NCBI GenBank assembly: GCA_037441385.1
Contig: JBBISH010000129.1
Location: forward strand, 1-16,897
Origin: Myxococcales bacterium
GTDB lineage: Bacteria; Myxococcota_A; UBA9042
DNA length: 16,897 bases
Direction of reading: 5' to 3'
Shown here one piece after another: positions 6,521 through 14,032 of this stretch. The number at the start of each line of letters is the position of its first letter. The first letter of the stretch is position 1. Position numbers and translations under genes: made by a program. The notes under the pieces are model-generated. The model was not told the origin of the DNA and made no database searches. It saw only the letters and a program-made list of their open reading frames with translations.

Positions 6521-7855
6521 CTACGGCTGTGTCGCCGCCGGCCACGAGTAGAGCTGAGGCAGCATCGCGGTATAGCTGATAATCGGTGTGGAACCGTCGG
6601 CGCCGCCGTTGGGGCCGATGATGAACACCTTGTCTTTGGGCAGGCCCGCGGCGTAGTAGGCGCCGATGTCGGTGGTGGCGTTGCCAAAGCCGGCGTTCCA
6701 CTTGACCTTCACCGTCGTCTCTAGCTCGTTCAACAAGTCGCCCTTGAACTTCTGCACGCCTTGGACCGTGGGCATGGTCTGCGCCACATCTTCGGTCAGG
6801 AACAGCGGCCCCAGCGGAAAATCGTGCTCGGCCAACCACGTGCGCGAGTAGCGGTTGACGATCTGCGGCCGGCCCGTGATGTAGACGATGCGGTAGTCCT
6901 TCTTGCCGAATTGTTGCATGGCGGTGTTGGCGTCGGGGTACATGGCGGCCGAGGCGCCGAAGATGACGTCTTGGAACAGCTCCCAGTCGCTGGTGGTCAG
7001 CGTGCCGTCGATGTCGGTGACGATGGCTTGCATGCCGGCGGGCCACGCGGCGATCACGCCATCGGCCACGGTCTGGTCGCCCAAAAGCACCATCTTGACG
7101 CGGTAGTCGCCCGCCGGCAGCGAGGCGGGCACGTCGAAGTAGACGATGCCATTGCTGTCGGTGGACAGGGCGCCCCACTTGACCCAACCGGGGCAGGTCT
7201 GGACCCACAATTCCACGGTCTCGTCGCCCAGATCGCTGTCCAGGGTGCCGTAGGTGAAGTGGCCGCGCAGCTTGCCGGTACCGCCCAGGGGCAGGATCAG
7301 GTCGCGAATCCGGTGGTTCGGGCCGCCCTGGATGGTGACCAGCGGCGAAGCGATGCTGTGCTTCCAATCTTGCTTGGCGGGCAGGGCAAACGGGGCGTCG
7401 CAGTGACCGCCCGTGACCGTGGACGGCGGCGGCGGGCCAGTATCGTTGCCCGCATCTGCAGTTGCGTCACCTGCGCCGGAGTCGCTGGCGGCTGCGTCTG
7501 CTGCAGCGCTGTCGGCCCCACCCGCGTCACCGATGCTTGCGTCTGATGCAGCCGTGTCTGGCGCCGATGTATCCGGTGCGGCAGTATCTTGGGCGACCGT
7601 GTCCTGGGGCGCGCTGTCTTGCGCCGCGACGTCGGCGGGTTCGATGTCGGCGGCAGCAAGGTCTTGCGGTGCTTCGGCATCGGCCGACTCGGCTCCGTCT
7701 GGCGATCCGTCGGCCGTGGTCGCGCCGTCGCCGCCGCCGTCCAGGCCGCCTGCGCCGTCGGTATAGCCGGCGTCGGCCTTTTGCTGCGACTTGCTGTCGA
7801 GCGGTGGATCGCCACACGCCACCAAAAGAAGGACTGCCAGCCAAACCATGCGCAT
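6521..7855 (-). CDS. Lipoprotein (444 aa) with acidic linker and LNS2/PITP-type HAD phosphatase domain
   Basis: ATG 7855 with GAGGG upstream gives MRMVWLAVLLLVAC (lipobox). HAD motifs IVTDIDGTLT, YITGRP, FK and GFGNATTDIGAY. Confidence 0.85.
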   Translation of the reverse strand: MRMVWLAVLLLVACGDPPLDSKSQQKADAGYTDGAGGLDGGGDGATTADGSPDGAESADAEAPQDLAAADIEPADVAAQDSAPQDTVAQDTAAPDTSAPDTAASDASIGDAGGADSAAADAAASDSGAGDATADAGNDTGPPPPSTVTGGHCDAPFALPAKQDWKHSIASPLVTIQGGPNHRIRDLILPLGGTGKLRGHFTYGTLDSDLGDETVELWVQTCPGWVKWGALSTDSNGIVYFDVPASLPAGDYRVKMVLLGDQTVADGVIAAWPAGMQAIVTDIDGTLTTSDWELFQDVIFGASAAMYPDANTAMQQFGKKDYRIVYITGRPQIVNRYSRTWLAEHDFPLGPLFLTEDVAQTMPTVQGVQKFKGDLLNELETTVKVKWNAGFGNATTDIGAYYAAGLPKDKVFIIGPNGGADGSTPIISYTAMLPQLYSWPAATQP

Positions 7856-8015
7856 CGGGCCCTCGCGAAGGCGCGCGATTGGCCCGCGCACCGGAGCGCA
7901 GCATACTCGGCCGGGTGGCAGCGAATCCAGTGCGATTCGTCTGGCTCCCAGAGAGCACGGCCAAGACGACAGGATGGGCCAGAACATGCGGCACCATGCC
8001 GCCAAGGAAGGCGCG

Positions 8016-8381
8016 ATGGGGTGGTTGAGCAAGCTGCTGGGGGGCACGCCGGCGCCGATGCCGGTGCGGCTGGACGACAGCAACTTTCAACAAGAAGTGC
8101 TGCGCAGCGACGTGCCGGTGCTGGTGGATTTCTGGAGCGCGACCTGTGCGCCGTGTCGGCAGCTGGAGAGCGTGATCCTGAACCTGGCGAAAGAGTACGA
8201 CGGCAAGGTCAAGATCTGCGAGGCCAACGTGGAGACGGCGGCCAAGGTGTGCAACCAGCTGGGCATTCGGTCGACGCCGACGGTGGTGTACTTTCGCCGC
8301 GGCGCCGAAGTGGAGCGGGTCATCGGCTTTCGCGGCTCGCTGTACCATCGCGACCTCATCGAGAACGAGCTGCTGAAGTAA
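8016..8381 (+). CDS. Thioredoxin-family protein (121 aa), active site CAPC
   Basis: AAGGAAGG RBS. Motifs NFQQEVLRSDVPVLVDFWSATCAPC and GIRSTPT (cis-Pro loop). Confidence 0.9.
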   Translation: MGWLSKLLGGTPAPMPVRLDDSNFQQEVLRSDVPVLVDFWSATCAPCRQLESVILNLAKEYDGKVKICEANVETAAKVCNQLGIRSTPTVVYFRRGAEVERVIGFRGSLYHRDLIENELLK

Positions 8382-8509
8382 CTGGCGCGAATTGACCTGC
8401 GGTGGCGATTGTCACCAGTGCGTCTTGGCGGCGAACCCCAGCGCAGAACCATCGGCTCCCATTGGACGAGCCCCACCGCAAGCCGGTGCGGCACCAGTGG
8501 AGCAAGGCG

Positions 8510-10708
8510 ATGGCGATGCAACGACGCGAATTCATCAAGATAACCGGGATGACGGCCCTGGGCGTGGCGGCGGCCAGCTCGGTGGTGCTGCCCAAGGCCA
8601 GCCAAGCCGCGGTGGACCCGGGCACCGACGGCGACCACACCGTGGCGACCTTCTGCGAACTGTGCTTTTGGAAGTGTGGCGTGCTGGCGCACGTCAAAGA
8701 CGGCAAAGTCACCAAGATTGTGGGCAACCCCGACCACCCGCTGTCGCGCGGGGCGCTGTGTCCGCGCGGCACCGGCGGCACCGGGCTGCTGTACGACCCC
8801 GACCGCCTGAAGAAGCCGATGATCCGCGTGGGCGAGCGCGGTCAGCAGAAGTTCAAGGAAGTGGAGTGGGGCGAGGCCCTCGATTTTGTCGCGGCCAAGC
8901 TGAAGGACATTGCGGCCAAGCACGGCCCTGAGTCGGTGGCGATGTTTGCCCACGGCTTTGGCGGCTCGTTCTTCAAGCACCTGCTGAATGCCTACGGTTC
9001 CGACAACGTGGGCGCGCCGTCGTATGCGCAGTGCCGCGGCGCCCGCGAGGTGGGCTTCCAGCTGACCTTTGGCTCGGCGCTGGGTTCGCCCGAGGTCATC
9101 GACCTGGAGAATTCGCGGGCGATCGCGCTCATCGGCTCGCACCTGGGCGAAAACATGCACAACACCCAGGTGCAGGAGTTTGCCAAGGCCATCGAGCGCG
9201 GCGCGCAGTTGATCGTGGTGGATCCGCGCTTCTCGACGGCGGCGGGCAAGGCGCGGCACTGGCTGCCGATCAGGCCGGGCACGGACCTGGCGCTGTTGCT
9301 GGCGTGGATCCACGTGATGCTGAATGAGGGCTTGTACGACCGCGACTACGTCGAGAAGTACGCCGTGGGCCTGGAGCAGCTGAAGGCGCACGTGGCCGAC
9401 AAGACGCCGGAGTGGGCGTCGCTGGAGACGGGCCTGGAGGCGGCGCAGATTGTCGACTCGATTCGGGTTCTGGCGGGCGCGCGGCCGGCGGCGCTGCTGC
9501 ACCCGGGCCGCCACACCGCCTGGTACGGCGACGACGCGCAGCGGGCGCGGGCGATGGCGATCGTCAATGCGCTGCTGGGCAGCTATGGCCGGCGCGGCGG
9601 CATCTACTACCCCACCAAGCTGGGCGTGCCGAAGTATCCGGGCATCCCCGACTACGGCCACAAGTTCAAGCCGGCGCCGGATCGGCCCAAAGGCAAGGCG
9701 TTTCCGTTTGCCGACGAGTCGCTGGCCCACGGTCTGCGCGATGCGAGCATCCCGGGCACGGCCGAGTACGACATCAAGGCGTGGCTGGTCTACGGCACCA
9801 ACCTGATGCAGGCGCTGCCGGAGCCCAAGAAAACCATCGAGGCCATCCAGCATTTGGACCTGCTCGTGGCCATCGACGTGCTGCCGGCCGAGATCGTGGG
9901 CTACGCCGACGTGGTTCTGCCCGAGGCGACCTACCTGGAGCGCTGGGACGACGTGGTGGTGACGCCGTACAAGGAGCAGTACATCGCGGTGCGCCAGGCG
10001 GCGGTGAAGCCCCTGTACGACAGCAAGCCGGGCTGGTGGATTGCCAAAGAGCTGGCCAACCGCATGGGCCTGGCGGCCTTCTTCCCGTGGAACGACGCGG
10101 CCGAGATGGTCAAAGCCCGGTTGACCGCAGGGAAATTCGACGTAGAGTCGGTGCTGAAAAAGGGCGTGGCGCTGGGTGCGCGCAAGCCGGTGTTCATCGA
10201 AGACGGCGCCCCGGCGGTGTTTGCCACGCCCAGCAAGAAGATCGAGCTGTTCAGTCAGCAGTTGGCCGACGCCGGCCTGGATCCGCTGCCCAAGTACACG
10301 CCGCCCGAAGAGCCAGGGCCGGGCCAGTTCCGCCTGCTGATGGGCCGCACGCCGACCCACACCTTTGGGCGAACCACCAACAACCGTTTCTTGTCCGAGA
10401 TCTACAGCGAGAACGAGCTGTGGCTGAACGCGCAGGTGGCACGCGAGCTGGGGCTGGAGAACGGCGCGCAAGTGCGGGTGGTGAATCAGGACGGCGTCAA
10501 GTCCACGGCGCTGCGCCTCAAGGCGACCCAGCGCATCCGCCACGACTGCGTGTTCATGGTCCACGGCTACGGCCACAGCGCGGCGGGGCTCAACTTCGCC
10601 AAGGGGCGCGGCGCCGACGACGCAGCGCTGGTGACCCGCACCAAGGTGGACCCGCTGTTTGGCGGCACGGGCATGAGCGTCAATTTCGTCGCCGTCGAAC
10701 GCGTGTAG
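8510..10708 (+). CDS. psrA: Polysulfide/thiosulfate reductase-type molybdopterin catalytic subunit (PsrA/PhsA family), Tat-exported
   Basis: Tat motif QRREFIK. FS0 motif CELCFWKC...LCPRG. Putative Mo-ligating Cys in SYAQCRG (9032-9034). VVDPRFS and ADVVLPEATYLER motifs, plus a C-terminal Molydop-binding domain. Start is ATG 8510 or 8516. Confidence 0.88.
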   Translation: MAMQRREFIKITGMTALGVAAASSVVLPKASQAAVDPGTDGDHTVATFCELCFWKCGVLAHVKDGKVTKIVGNPDHPLSRGALCPRGTGGTGLLYDPDRLKKPMIRVGERGQQKFKEVEWGEALDFVAAKLKDIAAKHGPESVAMFAHGFGGSFFKHLLNAYGSDNVGAPSYAQCRGAREVGFQLTFGSALGSPEVIDLENSRAIALIGSHLGENMHNTQVQEFAKAIERGAQLIVVDPRFSTAAGKARHWLPIRPGTDLALLLAWIHVMLNEGLYDRDYVEKYAVGLEQLKAHVADKTPEWASLETGLEAAQIVDSIRVLAGARPAALLHPGRHTAWYGDDAQRARAMAIVNALLGSYGRRGGIYYPTKLGVPKYPGIPDYGHKFKPAPDRPKGKAFPFADESLAHGLRDASIPGTAEYDIKAWLVYGTNLMQALPEPKKTIEAIQHLDLLVAIDVLPAEIVGYADVVLPEATYLERWDDVVVTPYKEQYIAVRQAAVKPLYDSKPGWWIAKELANRMGLAAFFPWNDAAEMVKARLTAGKFDVESVLKKGVALGARKPVFIEDGAPAVFATPSKKIELFSQQLADAGLDPLPKYTPPEEPGPGQFRLLMGRTPTHTFGRTTNNRFLSEIYSENELWLNAQVARELGLENGAQVRVVNQDGVKSTALRLKATQRIRHDCVFMVHGYGHSAAGLNFAKGRGADDAALVTRTKVDPLFGGTGMSVNFVAVERV

Positions 10709-10717
10709 GGGGGCAAC

Positions 10718-11263
10718 GTGAACCGCGAGAAACGCTATGTGATGGTGGTCGACACCCGCTTGTGCGTGGGCTGCAAAGCCTGCGTGCTGGCGTGCAAGGC
10801 CGAGAACAACACCCCCGACGGCTACTGCCGCGACTGGATCGTCGAGGACATCTGGGGGCTCTTCCCCAACCTGCGCGCCGAGATCCGCTCGGAGCGCTGC
10901 AACCACTGCAGCAACGCGCCGTGCGTGGACGCCTGCCCGACCGGCGCCAGCCACAAGGTCGACGGCGGCATCGTGCTGGTGGACCACGACCTGTGCACCG
11001 GCTGCAAGGCCTGCATCGCCAGCTGCCCCTACGACGCCCGCTACGTGCACCCCGACGGCTACGTGGACAAGTGCACCTTCTGCGCGCACCGCGTCGCCGA
11101 CGGCAAGACCACCGCGTGTGTGGCGATCTGCCCGACCAAGACGCTGCACTTTGGCGACGCCAACGACCCGCAGAGCGAAGTGGCGCAGCTCTTGGCTAGC
11201 CGCCGCCACAAGGTGCTGCACCCCGAGACGGGCTGCGAGCCCAACCTGTATTTCCTGACGTAA
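10718..11263 (+). CDS. psrB: 4x[4Fe-4S] electron-transfer subunit (PsrB/NrfC/DmsB family)
   Basis: CVGCKACVLAC, CNHCSNAPCVDACP, CTGCKACIASCP and KCTFC...CVAICP. Confidence 0.92.
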   Translation: MNREKRYVMVVDTRLCVGCKACVLACKAENNTPDGYCRDWIVEDIWGLFPNLRAEIRSERCNHCSNAPCVDACPTGASHKVDGGIVLVDHDLCTGCKACIASCPYDARYVHPDGYVDKCTFCAHRVADGKTTACVAICPTKTLHFGDANDPQSEVAQLLASRRHKVLHPETGCEPNLYFLT

Positions 11264-11275
11264 TGAGAGGTTGCG

Positions 11276-12229
11276 ATGCTTCCGACCCTGCTCGAACACA
11301 CCACCACCCGCATCAACGCTGAGATCGACCCGGCGCTGCACATCTGGGGGTGGGAGATTGCCGTGTACTTGTTCTTGGGCGGCCTGGTGGCCGGCCTGCT
11401 GATCCTGTCGTCGCTGCTGCTGTGGAAGCCGCGCGAGCAGACCCCCAGCCGGATCCTGCAGTTTGCGCCCCTGCTGGCCCTGGTGCTCCTGAGCCTGGGC
11501 ATGGGCGCGCTGTTCTTGGACCTGGCCTACAAGCTGCACGTGTTCCGCTTCTACACCGCGTTTCGGCCCACGTCGCCGATGTCGTGGGGCGCGTGGATCC
11601 TGGTGCTGATCTACCCGGTGGCGGCGCTCAGCGGGCTGCTGGCGCTGGGGCCTGACGCGCGGGCGTGGCTGTTGAAGAAGCTGCCCTTGGCCAAGGTGCT
11701 GGCTTGGGCCGAGCGCAAGCGACAGGCGCTGCTGGGGGCAACCCTGGCGGGCGGCGTGGGCCTGGGCATCTACACCGGCCTGCTGCTGGGCACGCTGACG
11801 GCGCGGATTCAGTGGAATACCGCGGTGTTGGGGCCCCTGTTCCTGACTTCGGGGCTGTCGTCGGGCGCGGCGTTTCTGTTGCTGTTCAAGCTGGACGAGG
11901 TGGACCGCCACCGCCTGGTGCGCTGGGACATGCTGGCGCTGGTGGTGGAGGCGGTGCTGATCGCCGCGATGCTCCTGGGGTTTGCCAATGCCGGCGCGGC
12001 CGGGCAGCTGGCGGCCGACGCGCTGCTGGGCGGGGCCTGGACGGCCAGCTTCTGGTCGCTGGTGGTGGTGATGGGCATCGCGGTGCCGCTGCTGCTGGAA
12101 GGGATTGAAATCAAGAAGCATCTGCCGCTGGTGGCCGTCACGCCCACGCTGGTGCTGCTGGGCGGTTTGGCGCTGCGGGCGGTGCTGCTGGCGGCGGGCC
12201 AAGACAGCGGCTTCCGGATGCTGCCGTAG
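11276..12229 (+). CDS. psrC: NrfD/PsrC-family membrane anchor, quinol-interacting subunit
   Basis: WGWEIAVYLFLGGL, LFLDL and TSPMSWGAWIL motifs, about 8 hydrophobic segments, GAGAGG RBS. Confidence 0.9.
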   Translation: MLPTLLEHTTTRINAEIDPALHIWGWEIAVYLFLGGLVAGLLILSSLLLWKPREQTPSRILQFAPLLALVLLSLGMGALFLDLAYKLHVFRFYTAFRPTSPMSWGAWILVLIYPVAALSGLLALGPDARAWLLKKLPLAKVLAWAERKRQALLGATLAGGVGLGIYTGLLLGTLTARIQWNTAVLGPLFLTSGLSSGAAFLLLFKLDEVDRHRLVRWDMLALVVEAVLIAAMLLGFANAGAAGQLAADALLGGAWTASFWSLVVVMGIAVPLLLEGIEIKKHLPLVAVTPTLVLLGGLALRAVLLAAGQDSGFRMLP

Positions 12230-12250
12230 TTGAACGAGTTGGAGGGTGAG

Positions 12251-12778
12251 ATGGAGAACAAGACAACGAACGAAGCGCCGTTCTGGAATCCGTACTTGGC
12301 CGGCATCGTGCTGGGCCTGGTGCTGCTGGGCAGCTTTGTAGTGATGGGCAACGGCCTGGGCGGCTCGGGCGCGGCCAACCGGGTGGCGATTGGCGCGGCC
12401 CACATCGTCGCCCCGCACGCCATCGAACAGAACGCCTACATGGGCCCGATGGTCGCACCCGGACAGCACATTTTGGACGATTGGCTGGTCTGGGAAGTGC
12501 TGGGCGTATTCCTGGGCGGCGCGCTGGCGGCGTATTCCGCCGGACGCATGAAGTTGGTGCTGCTGCGCGGGCCGCGGGCAACGGTGGCGTCGCGGCTGGC
12601 GATGGCGATCTTGGGCGGCCTGGTGATGGGCGTGGCGGCCCGGCTGGCGCGAGGTTGCACGTCGGGTCAGGCGCTGACCGGCGGTGCGGCGCTGGCGGCA
12701 GGGTCGTGGGTGTTCATGTTCGCGGTGTTTGGCGGCGGCTACGCGGTCGCGCCCCTGCTGCGGAGGTACTGGAAATGA
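12251..12778 (+). CDS. YeeE/YedE-family sulfur-compound transporter half (175 aa)
   Basis: GGAGG RBS before ATG 12251. Motifs FWNPYLAG, GNGLGGSG and ARLARGCTSGQAL. Confidence 0.88.
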   Translation: MENKTTNEAPFWNPYLAGIVLGLVLLGSFVVMGNGLGGSGAANRVAIGAAHIVAPHAIEQNAYMGPMVAPGQHILDDWLVWEVLGVFLGGALAAYSAGRMKLVLLRGPRATVASRLAMAILGGLVMGVAARLARGCTSGQALTGGAALAAGSWVFMFAVFGGGYAVAPLLRRYWK

Positions 12779-13959
12779 TGCTGCCTCTTTATCCCAATGA
12801 ACTCTTTGGTCGCGCCACCGGCATGGTGGTGGGGACGCTGACGGGCATCGCCTTTGGCTTTGTGCTCGAGCGTTCGGGCTTTGGCCGTGCGCCGATGCTG
12901 GCCGCGCAGTTCTACGGCACCAACATGCGTGTGTTCAAGGTCATGTTCTCGGCCATCGCCACGGCGGCGGCGGGACTGGCCGTGCTGGCGGGGCTGGGCA
13001 TGCTGGATTTGGGCCAGCTCACCTTCCCCGAGACCTACTGGTGGCCGCAGCTCGCCGGCGGCCTGCTGCTGGGCGTGGGCTTCATCGTGGCCGGCTACTG
13101 CCCGGGTACCGCGTGCGTGGCGGCGGCCTCGGGCGACGTGGGCGGCATGCTTACCTACCTGGGCGTGATGGTCGGCTCGCTGGTGTTTGGCTTTGCGTAT
13201 CCGGCCTTTGCGGACCTGTACGTGGCCGGCAAGGCGGGCGTGCTGCGTCTGGACACGCTGCTGGGCCTGCCCTACGGGGTAGTGGCGGCGGCGGTGGTGG
13301 CGATGGCGGTCGGCTGCTTCTTTGGCGCCGAGGCGCTGGAACGCTACTTTGCCAAGCGCGCTCACCAAGACGCCCCTGATACCGTGGCGCGGCCGCGCAA
13401 CCGCAGCTTTGTCGCGCTGGCGGTGCTGGCGCTGGCGGCGGTGGCGACGATGGCGATCCCGCAGCCGGTGCAATCGGCGGTGGTGCGCACGCCGAGCGCG
13501 ATCAAGGTGCTGCCGGTGGTCGATGCGGCGCTGCGCACGCCCGAGGCGGTGTGGCTGGTCGACGTGCGCGACGCCAAGCTGTGCAAAGAGAAGACCTTGC
13601 CGCGGGCGGTGTGCTTGGCAGACCTGCCCAAGGGTGCGGCCGCGGCGGCGCCAAGCTACAAGCGCCTGGTGCTGGTCGGTGCCGACACCGTCAAGGAAGT
13701 GCCGGCCGCGCTTGCGGAGTTCCCCGGAGAGGTCGCCAGCCTGCAGGGTGGCTACCCGGCGTTTGCTGCCGAGCTGCTGGCGGACTTGCCGGCCGAAGCG
13801 ACCCAGACGATGACGCCGGCACGGCTCGCCGAATACCGCTTGCGTGGAGCCCTGCACGCCCGCTTGACGGGTGCAGCGGCGCCAGTGGCGGCGCCGGCCC
13901 CGGTGGTCGCGCCGGTTGCCCCGTCCGGTGCCCCGGCCAAGAAGGGTGGTGGCTGCTAA
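12775..13959 (+). CDS. YeeE/YedE-family transporter half fused to a degenerate rhodanese-like domain and a Pro/Ala tail ending GGGC (394 aa)
   Basis: ATGA overlap with the previous gene. Motifs GIAFGFVLERSGF and GYCPGT. The C-terminal WLVDVRD...TLPRAV...SLQGGYPAF matches rhodanese signatures. Stop TAA. Confidence 0.85.
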   Translation: MMLPLYPNELFGRATGMVVGTLTGIAFGFVLERSGFGRAPMLAAQFYGTNMRVFKVMFSAIATAAAGLAVLAGLGMLDLGQLTFPETYWWPQLAGGLLLGVGFIVAGYCPGTACVAAASGDVGGMLTYLGVMVGSLVFGFAYPAFADLYVAGKAGVLRLDTLLGLPYGVVAAAVVAMAVGCFFGAEALERYFAKRAHQDAPDTVARPRNRSFVALAVLALAAVATMAIPQPVQSAVVRTPSAIKVLPVVDAALRTPEAVWLVDVRDAKLCKEKTLPRAVCLADLPKGAAAAAPSYKRLVLVGADTVKEVPAALAEFPGEVASLQGGYPAFAAELLADLPAEATQTMTPARLAEYRLRGALHARLTGAAAPVAAPAPVVAPVAPSGAPAKKGGGC

Positions 13960-14032
13960 GGGTGTCAGGTATTGCCACTTGCCACATAGCTTCCCCCTGC
14001 CGCTCGGGCAGCCGCTCTGGTAGGCTCGCGGG

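Noticed and set aside
8382..8416. Sigma54-like TGGCGC...TTGA and FNR-like TTGAC...GTCA upstream of psrA
   Set aside because: The GG-N10-GC spacing is not met and the half-site spacing does not fit TTGAT-N4-ATCAA. An imperfect inverted repeat at 8401-8416 is too weak to call.
8087..12469. 1460-aa ORF on the - strand
   Set aside because: It is an antisense shadow of trx/psrABC caused by high-GC codon bias. It has no recognisable motifs, while the + strand genes are unambiguous.
13951..13959. Possible selenocysteine at the GGGC C-terminus
   Set aside because: The stop is TAA rather than TGA, and no in-frame TGA read-through is needed in any gene of the cluster.
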